Shown here in pieces: positions 9,906 through 19,814 of a DNA stretch of 64,000 nt. Location: the sequence record PP355766.1; one strand, written 5' to 3'. Made by a program: the position numbers and the translations under genes. The stretch's first letter is position 1; every line of letters starts with the position of its first letter. The notes under the pieces were generated by a model. The model was not told the origin of the DNA and made no database searches. It saw only the letters and a program-made list of their open reading frames with translations.

Positions 9906-10130
9906 ATGAAACGTATCGCACTGATTGTTGACCAAGAAGCTATGTTCGCTGCTACCGGTAAATTTCATCCGGTGAGTAAATTTGTTGCTCGCAGCGAGAA
10001 AATCGTTGGTCTGGTAGAAACTGTCGCAGGTGATGTAATTGTTTCTATTAAAACATCTGAAATTTCTCCGGTGGTTAAAGTAGCAGTTAAAAATGACTTC
10101 TGGGAAGTAGCTGATTTTATGTGTGAGTAA
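9906..10130 (+). CDS. Hypothetical protein
   Basis: AAGGAA RBS; followed by a terminator. Confidence 0.7.
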   Translation: MKRIALIVDQEAMFAATGKFHPVSKFVARSEKIVGLVETVAGDVIVSIKTSEISPVVKVAVKNDFWEVADFMCE

Positions 10131-10163
10131 TTCTGCCTAGCAGGTGGATAAGCCCGACAAGGC

Positions 10164-10183
10164 GCCCTCTTCGGAGGGCTTTT
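10164..10183 (+). terminator. Rho-independent terminator
   Basis: GCCCTC-TTCG-GAGGGC-TTTT. Confidence 0.85.
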
Positions 10184-10208
10184 ATAAAAGTCGTAAGATT
10201 TCTATAAA

Positions 10209-10285
10209 GGCCCTGTAGCTCAATTGGTAGAGCGTTCCCCTCATAAGGGATTGGTTGCATGTTCGAGTCTTTGCCAGGGTCACCA
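10209..10285 (+). tRNA. tRNA-Met/Ile2 (CAT)
   Basis: Cloverleaf with TTCCC-CTCATAA-GGGAT and CCA; 5' GGCCCTGTAGCTCAA resembles T4 tRNA-Ile; T stem imperfect. Confidence 0.85.
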
Positions 10286-10289
10286 AATT

Positions 10290-10599
10290 TACTAGGCTCT
10301 GCTAGCCCAAAAACAACCAAATTAAAGCCTGTTTCCCATATACCTGATAAGGACCCACGAGAATCAAGTAATACGTTCCACGAAGCACTGTTCTTATCAA
10401 TCCAAGCGCCGCGAACCTTAGGTCCTGTCGCAGGGTTGTTACCTGAAATAGTTATACTAGCATTCCAGACGTTTCTTCCGATCATACTAGACATCATAAA
10501 TGGTGTTCCCAACCTTAATTTTGCTCCAGCTGCAATCATTGAAGATTCTCCTGTTACAGCTTTAGCTGAGCTTCCTACATTAGGACCTGTTACTGCCAT
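10290..10599 (-). CDS. 38: gp38 tail fibre adhesin, 5' fragment
   Basis: MAVTGP.VGSSA...LRLGTPF.MS.MIGR attachment domain; directly after gp37; cut at the tRNA junction. Confidence 0.75.
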
Positions 10600-10614
10600 G
10601 ATATCTCCTCAAAG

Positions 10615-10632
10615 ATGGGGCCGAAGCCCCAT
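10615..10632 (-). terminator. UUCG hairpin between genes 37 and 38
   Basis: ATGGGGC-TTCG-GCCCCAT-CTTT. Confidence 0.7.
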
Positions 10633-10636
10633 AACA

Positions 10637-11690
10637 TTATTTAGATTTAAGTTCTTCAATTTCTGCTTTAAGCTCTTTAACAGATTCGACTAATAACGCA
10701 ATTACTGCATTATAGTTTAAACGAAGTAATGCATCTTTATCGTTATCAGTTGTAACTGCTTCAGGAAGAACTTCCTGCACTTCTTGTGCGATAAGGCCAG
10801 CTGATGGTTTAGTATCACCATTTGGAAGCTGTAAATCATAAACATTACCAGATAGCTTCGACACTTTATCAAGAGCGTTATCAATCTTAGCAATATTTGA
10901 TTTCACACGACGGTCAGAACGAATTTCAACGTCCCAGAAATTACCAACACCTTCAACGCGTAGATTAGCAGCACTACCCCAGATTTTTACCCCAGTATCT
11001 GTAAGTGCTAACCACTGGTCAACTCCAGAGGCGTTATAGAAATGCCATCCAGCGCGAACATATTCACCCGACTGCCACGCGTTAAAGCTATCGAAAAACG
11101 TATCACCGCGCTGTAAACGTATTCCATTTACAGTGTTCCCAGTATCTGTGTTTCCTGGTGCTAAGTGGGCTAATTGCAGATATCCATCATTTCTGAATAC
11201 AAGCTCTCGACCACTTTGGTTACGGATAATCATGTCGCCATTTTGGCCGTTAGACCAAATAACGCCTCTGGTGTTACCAGCTGAATCGCGGAACCAGTAG
11301 TTAGAGTTTGTACCAGCTGAACCGGCATCGCAGTAAACATTACCGTTTTTAGCAAAAAGACCACCAGCATTGGTTGTGTCAGCGGCGACTAAGTTTCCGC
11401 TAGAAACTTTAAGACTGCTACTAACATCTAACCCGCCTCTTAGAGTACTTTTACCATCAACTTCTAACTGCCATGTTTTTAATCTGGTGCCAGTTACGTC
11501 AAGGTTACCAGTTACAGTACCACCCGCTAACGGAAGATACGTGTCCCCAGCATTACTAATAGCAGAAGCAACCTTATCATCAACATATTTCTTGTTGGTG
11601 GCTTGGTTATTCTGCGTAGGAGCATCGGCAATTTGCACATACTTGGTAGTAGGAACAATAATACCGCCGTTGGCATTAATAACGCTAAAA
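10637..11690 (-). CDS. 37: Distal long tail fibre gp37, 3' fragment with intramolecular chaperone (S74)
   Basis: SDRRVKSNI, AGLIAQEVQEVLPEAV, LNYNAVIALLVESVKELK. Confidence 0.9.
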
Positions 11691-12945
11691 TTACATGATG
11701 CAGGTTTTTTACAGAAATACCCGTAGAGAATACACCGTAACTTGCGACGATAATAATTCCCTTTCCGTTTTCTGCCATAGCCTTTAAAGCATTACGTGTT
11801 TCAGTATTAACTTCACCTGATACGTAATAAACTTGCTCATGACCAGTAGCTTTAATCATCTCGAATAGCTCTTTACCATGAGCTACATGTTTAAACATCA
11901 CAAAAGCGTTTTCATCACGCGATGCTAGCTTAGCAGCTAGATTAGCAACCCAACGGTTTCTTTTCTTAACATTGGTGATGAATTTAATTTCTTCTTGATA
12001 CGTTTTGCCTTTTAAAGCATTTGCTGCTGCATCCGGGTATCTTAAGAAGATTGTATTAATTTTAAGCTCAGTTACTTGTCCGTCTTCCATTAACTTAGAA
12101 GTTGATACCGGACGGAAGATTTCACCAAACATGCCAACATATTGCATGATATTAGCTTTGCCGTCTTTAAGAGAACCAGACAGTCCGTACTTAAACATGC
12201 AATTGGTGAGACCCGCAATGATTGTTGAAATTGACTTTCCTGTTGCAAGATGGCATTCATCATTCATCATCATGCCGAATTGAGAAAACCATTCTTTAGG
12301 CTGCTTAACAGCGGTCTGCCATGTAGATACATAAACTAATGCGTTGGAATCACGAGCAGTACCACCTCGAATACCCAGCATAGCATTGCGAGGAAATAAA
12401 CGATAATCACAAAAATCATCAATCATCTGGTCAACTAACGCTGTGGTAGGAACGATGATAAGAATTTTGCCTTCGTAATTTTCTACATAATAACGAGCAA
12501 GTAATGCCTGAATAAGAGACTTACCGGCAGACGTTGGAAGATTAAGAATTCTACGTCGATTAACTAGACCTTCATATACAGCATCTTTCTGATACCAGTG
12601 TGGCTCAATCTTAGTTAATCCTGAATAAATTTCTTTAGATGCTAACCACGTGTCAAAATCCTCCCGTGAAAGAGTTTCTTGCTCGAATATAGCTGGATCG
12701 AAATAAGCTTTATATCCGAATTGGTCAGCGAATTTTCTAATTTGGCCAACAAGACCAAACGGTAAGAGACGATTATAATCTAGCAGACGAATTCGTCCAT
12801 CCCAATGTCCATAACGATATTTCGGGTTGAATCTGTATCCATCGGCTTCGAAGCTAAAATAGTCTCTGAGTTCATAGAAAATTGAGTCATCACACTCAAT
12901 ATGAACATGACTAAAATCTTTAAATTTGACTTGGATGTCGTGCAC
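11685..12945 (-). CDS. uvsW: UvsW helicase, 3'-truncated
   Basis: NLPTSAGKS, MNDECH, GLSGSL, FSTGISVKNLHHVI; joined to tail fibre DNA near 11685. Confidence 0.95.
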
Positions 12946-12961
12946 TGTACTATCCTCAGTT

Positions 12962-12969
12962 TATAAATA
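12962..12969 (+). promoter_or_regulatory. T4 late promoter for inh
   Basis: TATAAATA upstream of the inh start MLDKDYIKEI at 13004. Confidence 0.8.
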
Positions 12970-13029
12970 CAATCATATTTATACATTACATGAGGCACAC
13001 CCAATGCTAGATAAAGACTATATTAAAGA

Positions 13030-13153
13030 AATTCAGATTATAGGTAACTTCTTGCTTCCAGAGGGCAAAGACCCGGGAGACCTAGATGCTGAAGAAGTCG
13101 ACCAGCTCATCAGAAACGTAGAAATCTTGATTGCCGAACATGTCAAGATTTGA
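13030..13153 (+). CDS. T5-like DNA primase, 3' fragment
   Basis: LLPEGKDPGDL; immediately upstream of the T5-type pol. Confidence 0.75.
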
Positions 13154-13159
13154 TATAAT
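13131..13159 (+). promoter_or_regulatory. Sigma70-type promoter upstream of pol
   Basis: TTGCCG-17 nt-TATAAT. Confidence 0.55.
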
Positions 13160-13220
13160 AATTGGGTAAGTTTGAGAAGAAACACTGACGTTTTACTTGC
13201 TTACCTAATAGGAGAAATCA

Positions 13221-14358
13221 ATGAAAATTGCAGTTGTAGACAAATCACCGAATAACGTCCGCTATCAGAAACACTTCGAACTCTTCGACCATGAGGTTGA
13301 GACCTTCTTCATGGCTAGTGAGAAAGTAACCGGGCGACTGCTCAAGAAACATATCACTATCGGAACACCGGAGAACCCGTTCAATCCGGAAGATTTTGAT
13401 TACGTTATTCTGGTAGGTGCAGACCCGTTCTTGAAGTTTGCAGCTAAGAAAGGCATTTCCGATTACTCAGGTAAACGTGTTGAGCACGATGGGTACGCTA
13501 ACTGGATTGCAAGTATCAGTCCGGCCCAGCTCCACTTTAAGCCGGAAATGAAGCCTGTATTTGAAGCCACAGTAGAGAGCATTCATGCCATTCTCAATGG
13601 TCGTGAAAAACGCTCCAAGGCAGGTGATTACCGCCCGATTCAGTGCCCGGATGAAGCCGAAGCGTATGTGAAGATGGTGTATACCATGTGTCCTGGCATG
13701 ATCGCATATGACTCCGAAACCAGTGCGCTGTACTGCCGAGATGGTTACATGCTGGGGATCTCAATCTCCCACCAAGAGTATCAGGGCGTGTATATTGATG
13801 CAGACGTCATCACAGAAAATACCGTCTATTACTTACAGAAGCTGTTCGATAGCCCGGAACATGGCGTTGTGTTCCATAACTTGAAGTTTGATATGCACTT
13901 CTACTGCTATCACTTAGGTCTATCCTTTGATAAGGCAGCAGAAGAGAAACGCCTCCACGATACCATGCTGATGCACTACGCCCTAGATGAACGACGTGGT
14001 ACACACGGTTTGAAATCTTTGGCGATGAAGTATACCGATATGGGGGACTACGATTTTGAACTCGACCAGTTCAAGGAGACGTATTGCAAGACGCATAAGA
14101 TCAAGAAAGAGGATTTCTCGTATGATCTCATTCCGTTTGATATCATGTGGCCTTACGCAGCGAAGGATACCGATGCAACACTGCGTCTATCCAATTTCTT
14201 CCTGCCAAAAGTAGAAGCTAACCCTCGACTGAAGTCTCTGTATTACGATGTACTGATGCCGGGATGTGTATTCCTACAGCGTATGGAAGACCGTGGTGTA
14301 CCGATCTCCAAAGATCGTCTGAAAGAGGCTCAGGTTCAGTTAATGACTGCGCTACAGC
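13221..14358 (+). CDS. pol: T5-like family A DNA polymerase, 5' fragment (3'-5' exonuclease region)
   Basis: MKIAVVDK, AYDSETS, FHNLKFD, YAAKDTDAT; in-frame continuation at 63784-63894. Confidence 0.95.
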
Positions 14359-15645
14359 TAATACAGCGGACTTAGGACAAATTAATATTCGCGCAAGAAC
14401 TACTGGAGGCACTTCTTCTGGTGATTTTAGCTTCCGTTCTGACGGCCGACTTGATGTTCCTGTAGCAGTTAAAGTTGGTGGTGCAGCAATGCTAACCAAA
14501 GACGGGAATATTACATCTGGCTCGATGTTTGGCGGTAACCTTAACAACTATTTGACTTCTATTAAAAATGATATCACCACTGGCGATAGTAAGCAAGTAA
14601 GCAAGACTGGTGATACCATGACCGGTAACTTGACTATTAACGCTAACTTAAAAGTCGAAAATCCTAGTGGAACATTTGTTGATTTAGGTTCAGAGAACTC
14701 AGATAAGTACAGCAGATTAACCCTTGCTCGTAAAGTTGGCGATGGCGCTGCTGTGGCAATGCTTAAAATTACTCCTGAAGGATATGTGCAATTTGGTTAT
14801 CAAACTGCAGTTTCTACTCCATCTCCTACTAAGTACATCCGAGTTAAACCTGATGGTCTTGATGTAGAAGGTGATTTAGTTTTTAATCAGACCTATCGCG
14901 GCACTGAAGAGGCAGTTGATATTTCTGATAAGACCATTGACCTTAACAGTCTTATCATTAAAAGAACCGACCCAGGTACTCGTCAACTGTATAAATGCAT
15001 CTCTTCTGGTGGTGGTTCTAAGATAGCAAACAAACCCACATCTGATGGTAACTTTGTTCTCGAAGTTCTGTCTTTGCGTAAAGTTTCTGATACCGATTGG
15101 TCATGTAAGCAGACCTTTACTACAAAGAATAACACCACTGTTGGCACATATGTTCGCTATGCCCAAAATGGCTCATGGACTGCGTGGAAAGAGGTTGTTG
15201 CTGGTGTTCAACCGATCAATTTAGGCGGTACTGGAGCAACTTCTGTAGCTGCTGCTCGTAATAATCTTGGTGTTGGTGAAGGACAAACTGTATCATTCGG
15301 TAATTTAGTTACCAACGACTTAACTGCAAACGGAAACGCTAGATTGGTTGGAAGACTGAACCTTGGTTCTACTTCTGCGACTGGCGTATTACGAGCTAAT
15401 GAAACTGGTGCGGTTGTCTTAGGTTCTGCTAGTGGTCAAAACATCCACATCAGAGCAGGAAGCCCCGATACTTCTACTGGTGAAACCCGCTTTGAGCCAA
15501 ATGGAAACGTTTTAGTTGGTGGAGTTCTGACGTCTTCAGGAAGCTTGCAAGTAAATGGCGAAGCCACGATGAGCAGAAGCTTGATCGTTTCTCAAAACAT
15601 AAAGAATACTAACGATAATAGTTTTATTCTGATGGGAAAAGATTC
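14358..15645 (+). CDS. Long tail fibre, internal fragment (T4-like gp36/37 type)
   Basis: VSKTGDTMTGNL and GGTGATS.A.ARNNLG repeats; no own start or stop. Confidence 0.8.
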
Positions 15646-16875
15646 AGTTAAATTAAAAGATGCTCCAATAGATACTGACCCTTTAAGCCCGACATTTGGT
15701 GAAAAGGTATTTGAAAAGGAAGTATCTCATATAACAGGCAATCCTAAATCTGTATGCTTTAAAATGGATTCCGTTGGAGGCAAAATCTTTGCCCTTATTA
15801 CCGGGGAAGTTAAAACCTTAGGATTAGACCCAACAGACCCACAGAACGTTGTGGATTCTACAACTAAAGGCGTCTATGTTTACCAAGAAGGCACAAATAC
15901 TTGGAAGCGCGTATTTGGTAATACCGATGAAGAAAAACGTCGTATAGAGCATTTATGGACTTCTATGTCAACTGACGGAAAGGAAATATTCTTTTCATCA
16001 GCAAATTTTAAGACAACAGAGTACGCTCAGGATATTGAGCTTGAGACGAAATATCCAGAACTAATTTCTACCGCAGTTAAAAATGTTAACCCAATTCAGT
16101 ATCACTCTGATAAGCATTATCACATGATGAGTTTCCGAGCGGATGAATTTTCAAGATGGGAAACATTTGTTCCTGGACCGATGAGGTTTTATGCTGAGCC
16201 TTGGTTTGTCTGGATGGCTCGTGAAGGTAACAGATGCTGGATAAGTACAGCTGACCATGCAGTTGTCATTTATAATGATATTCTTTATCAAAAAAGAGTA
16301 GATACAGCAGCACAGGGAACTACCGAGCGCATTCTTTCGGAAGTGTGGGATAAAGGCGACGCAACGTTTTATTGCCCTCCGGTTTCATTTAACGGATTTT
16401 TGCAGTATGCTTCTGGTATCATGTTTCACGAGCCAGATGGAAAGCTGATAGGTTATTATGCATTCGATTATCGTGTTCGTGACCAGGTAACGCTTAACTG
16501 GAAACCAACTGATGTAATGTTTAAGGCGTTTCTGCAGAACCAAACCCGTGAAGAAGATTGGACTCCTGAACATACTCCAGGCTTGCGTGACCCGGATTTA
16601 CGTCCGTATCTTACTAAAATGATGCCGGATAGTTACTTGCTACAAGATAGTAATTTTGAGCACTTTTGTAAGTACTATCTCCAATTCCTTTCGGATGGAA
16701 ATGGAACACATTACAACAGTCTCGTTAATCTTGTTAAGAACAAATATCCTCGCGAAGAAAATGCATGGGAATATCTGTGGTCAGAAGTTTATAAACGCAA
16801 CATTTATCTGAGTAAAGACGCTCGTGACGCTGTCGTCCGTTTCTTTGAAGCACGCAAGAATGATTTCTATGCTAC
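15646..16875 (+). CDS. 7: Baseplate wedge gp7, internal fragment
   Basis: KDAPIDTDP...YKRNIYLSK..RD.V.RFFE.R. Confidence 0.9.
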
Positions 16876-16876
16876 A

Positions 16877-17004
16877 AGTATAGCGTCGTGGAGGTGTCAC
16901 CTTGCAGGGTGATTAACAACCGGAGGACTCCTCAGAACCTTGCCGGCAAGGGCTAACCTTCTCTTCTAACACGACGTCTTAATAGGAGAGCTGCAACTCT
17001 TCCT
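16877..17004 (-). ncRNA. Unassigned structured RNA, copy B
   Basis: Homologous to 38314-38426, with covarying P1 CGTCGTG/CACGACG and invariant blocks. Confidence 0.7.
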
Positions 17005-17009
17005 AAAAC

Positions 17010-17183
17010 TTACATTACATCATATTCTTCAACTAGATATTCGGAATAAGAGTTATTTGCTTTTAGTTCGTCTTTATACTCTTCAGCTTCATGCTTAGTA
17101 TGAAAAATTTTCCTAGGTAAAGAAAACTCGTCATATCCATATTCTAAATTCCAGTTAGTTTCTACTACAACATATACTTTCAT
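17010..17183 (-). CDS. Hypothetical protein (57 aa, MKVYVVVETNW...)
   Basis: GAGGA RBS; translated by hand; lies within the tRNA array. Confidence 0.65.
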   Translation of the reverse strand: MKVYVVVETNWNLEYGYDEFSLPRKIFHTKHEAEEYKDELKANNSYSEYLVEEYDVM

Positions 17184-17201
17184 ATTTTCCTCATAAATTT
17201 T

Positions 17202-17279
17202 TGGTATGGGTAGGAATCGAACCTACAAACCATTCAGCGCCAGGGCCTCACGCTCTACCTATTTGAGCTATCACATACC
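17202..17279 (-). pseudogene. Degenerate tRNA-like element (nominal anticodon CTG)
   Basis: Good D arm (GCTC/GAGC) and T arm (GTAGG-TTCGATT-CCTAC); bulged acceptor, unpaired anticodon stem, no CCA. Confidence 0.55.
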
Positions 17280-17285
17280 AGAATT

Positions 17286-17361
17286 TGGTGCCGGTTGACG
17301 GAATCGAACCGCCGACCTTCTCATTACAAGTGAGTTGCTCTACCTACTGAGCTAAACCGGC
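17286..17361 (-). tRNA. tRNA-Thr (TGT)
   Basis: Full cloverleaf, loop CTTGTAA, CCA. Confidence 0.95.
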
Positions 17362-17885
17362 AATTTAAATCTAGTGCAGTTATTATTCAGGTCTTTAATA
17401 ACTGGGAGAATGTCATGAAAGAAAAACCACTCTCCACCTTCTAAATTATTTTTATATTTATCATGGAAATACTTTTCCAGCTTAATAGCTTCTTGAGAAT
17501 ATCTAAATGACAGTATTTTATACGTTCTTCCGGGTGAGAATGTATTAGCGGTTGCTGCTCGCTGATCGGGCTCTATAGAACGACCGATCTTATATAAATT
17601 TGGATGACGAGTATCAACCATTATATAAATGAAGGCTTGATTGTAATTTTTGCTTATGTCAAAACAGTCTTTAAATTTTAGCAAGTTTAACGCGGCGGTA
17701 CGACAGTACAAATTCCACAATGTTTTCTTTTTAGATAATTTTTTATTTTCAAATTCTTTAATATTGTGGAGTTTAAGCATTGCCACACTTTCAATTAGCT
17801 TAGTAGTTACATCAAAGTTTGTATGACTTATTAATCCAGAATCAATAGCTAATTTAATTTGATTCCAATCTATGTCATTTCTCAT
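17352..17885 (-). mobile_element. GIY-YIG/T5orf172-family endonuclease within a tRNA array
   Basis: FIYIM...LYKIGRS...R....NT.SP...LEK.FH....EWF; low GC. Confidence 0.75.
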
Positions 17886-17904
17886 AATTTTATCCTCATA
17901 AATT

Positions 17905-17981
17905 TGGTACCCCTACCAGGACTCGAACCCGGACTACCGACCTTAGAACGATCGTGTGCTAATCCATTACACTATAAGGGC
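17905..17981 (-). tRNA. tRNA-Arg (TCT)
   Basis: Cloverleaf; CGATC-GTTCTAA-GGTCG; CCA. Confidence 0.92.
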
Positions 17982-17983
17982 TT

Positions 17984-18070
17984 TGGTGCGTCGAACGAGA
18001 CTCGAACTCGTACGGGTTTAATCCCGGGAGATTTTAAGTCTCCTTTGTCTACCAATTCCAACATCGACGC
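17984..18070 (-). tRNA. tRNA-Leu (TAA)
   Basis: Long variable arm; GGAGA-CTTAAAA-TCTCC; CCA. Confidence 0.95.
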
Positions 18071-18090
18071 AAATATCATGAGGAAGAACT

Positions 18091-18261
18091 ATGAGTTATG
18101 ATATTGGCGATTTAAAAGCTCCACGCATGGTAACTATTTCAGCAGAAGAGCTTGAACGCTTGCAAGCAATTGAAGAACTGCTGTGGGAAATTGAATGTTC
18201 GCTTCCATCCGGTTTAGAAAGCTGGATTGATGATGAAGATTTACAGAAGCTGCGAGGTTAA
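18091..18261 (+). CDS. Hypothetical protein (56 aa)
   Basis: GAGGA RBS; translated by hand. Confidence 0.65.
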   Translation: MSYDIGDLKAPRMVTISAEELERLQAIEELLWEIECSLPSGLESWIDDEDLQKLRG

Positions 18262-18262
18262 A

Positions 18263-18652
18263 ATGACTAACGCTGAATTAGTAAAAGAAATCAAGCATAT
18301 CGCTGGCGTCACTGGTGGCTGGGACGACAACTACGATTTCGAATATCCGCCTAATGCACCAGACGATGATGCAGAAGAAATCTTTGTTTTAATAGAAGAT
18401 GGAGATTGGACCCAAGAGCACAAGTATCAAGACCGCACTCAAATTTGGTATTATCCAGCGCGCGGCGTTCATTTCATGGTATCAGAATCTCGTTCAGGTT
18501 CATATCATACTGATTGGTATTATAGTCCTCCTGAAGTAGATATCGTTTCTCGCCATGAAAAAGTGGTTACTCGCACTGAAGTTGAATGGCGTATTGAACA
18601 TGATTCTGCTAATGATTCTGAACCAACACCATGCAAAGTAGCAAAGGTCTAA
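18263..18652 (+). CDS. Hypothetical protein; last codons possibly chimeric
   Basis: ORF follows the previous stop by 1 nt. Confidence 0.65.
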   Translation: MTNAELVKEIKHIAGVTGGWDDNYDFEYPPNAPDDDAEEIFVLIEDGDWTQEHKYQDRTQIWYYPARGVHFMVSESRSGSYHTDWYYSPPEVDIVSRHEKVVTRTEVEWRIEHDSANDSEPTPCKVAKV

Positions 18653-18772
18653 AACCCTGGTATGCGGCTCGATGGGAAACTGTCGAGCCAGAGGAAGATG
18701 CTATTCCTGAAGAGGATTATAATACCTCTGAACCCACTATAAACGAATTACTTGATTATGAGGACAAAGTGA

Positions 18773-19225
18773 ATGGGACTTATTGGTAAGCAGTTTGAAG
18801 TTATTGAGAATGATGATGAACTGAGCGAACAATTTCCAGTGTTCATTCCGGGATTTAAGTTCCAAGTCATTTCTGTGGCCAATGAAGATGACCTTGAAAT
18901 GTGTGGAATTACTGCTGTAATTGATTTGCTGACAAACAAAATCATTACTATTAACGACCCAACTCCACACGGCGAATCTTGGTTCTGGTGCTTCTACAGC
19001 GAAGATACTATGCACCAAATTAAAGAAATTGGCCAAGGTGAAGATGTTCCTCTGATTTCTGAAATTAAACTTAATCATTTCCAAGGTGCAATCGTTCCAA
19101 TTACCAGAGCTCTTTATGCCTTTGCTGGGCAGGAAAATTGTGATTCAGAAGAGTATGATTTAATGCAAAAAGCTGCGGATTACATTGTCGCACTTGAACA
19201 ACGTCTTGGAGTTCGCCATGTCTAA
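18773..19225 (+). CDS. T4-like hypothetical protein
   Basis: GAGGA RBS; 150-aa ORF. Confidence 0.7.
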   Translation: MGLIGKQFEVIENDDELSEQFPVFIPGFKFQVISVANEDDLEMCGITAVIDLLTNKIITINDPTPHGESWFWCFYSEDTMHQIKEIGQGEDVPLISEIKLNHFQGAIVPITRALYAFAGQENCDSEEYDLMQKAADYIVALEQRLGVRHV

Positions 19226-19353
19226 TTGTTCAGGCAGGACTCGAACCTGCACGACTGATTCCGTCGGCGATTTACCACCATCGCCAGCATATGATGCAAT
19301 ATGCGAGCTCAAAAGGTGTCCGTCACCATGTCTACCGATTTCACCACTGAACA
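19226..19353 (-). ncRNA. 128-nt tRNA-mimic RNA with four internal hairpins
   Basis: TGTTCAG/CTGAACA acceptor, Leu/Ser-type D arm, T arm GCAGG-TTCGAGT-CCTGC; no anticodon arm. Confidence 0.7.
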
Positions 19354-19364
19354 AGATAATTATA

Positions 19365-19814
19365 TTACTGATTATTTATAGCATTTCTCAAACGATAGAG
19401 TTGATTACAGAATTCGCGTTCAGTCAAAATCGTTTCAGAAATTTTATTTTTGCCCATACTGTGAGTGAGCGTAGCATTCCGGGTAGCAGCCAAAGCTTTT
19501 CTGAATCCTTCATTTTTACTAAGTGCATCGTATGCTCCTGTTAGTAAATTCTGATACGCTTCTGAGGCACGGTGAATAGGAACACCTTTCCAATAAAGCG
19601 TTTGTGTTGGCCACCAACGTTTCTTCTTACCTTTAAACTTAGCGGACTTTCCGACTAGTGTACATACATGTGCTTGCATTTCAGGCGAAGAAAATTTGAG
19701 GGATTGCAAGAATCCCTCCATTGATGCACATTCTACGCCATCATAGATAAATTTATGAGGAGCGAAATTACTCAAAGCACATGATGGATATGAACTACCT
19801 GAACCAATATCCAT
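19365..19814 (-). CDS. NADAR-family protein (T4 gp30.3-like)
   Basis: YPSCALSNF, SMEGFLQSLK, TLYWKG, ETILTE.EF; TAATG-coupled start. Confidence 0.8.
   Translation of the reverse strand: MDIGSGSSYPSCALSNFAPHKFIYDGVECASMEGFLQSLKFSSPEMQAHVCTLVGKSAKFKGKKKRWWPTQTLYWKGVPIHRASEAYQNLLTGAYDALSKNEGFRKALAATRNATLTHSMGKNKISETILTEREFCNQLYRLRNAINNQ

Noticed and set aside
14264-16912. 882-aa ORF that looks like a novel tail fibre-baseplate fusion
   Set aside because: In-frame chimera of the pol 3' end, a tail fibre fragment and a gp7 fragment; the flanking gp7 pieces lie at 7390-8077 and 45740-46355.
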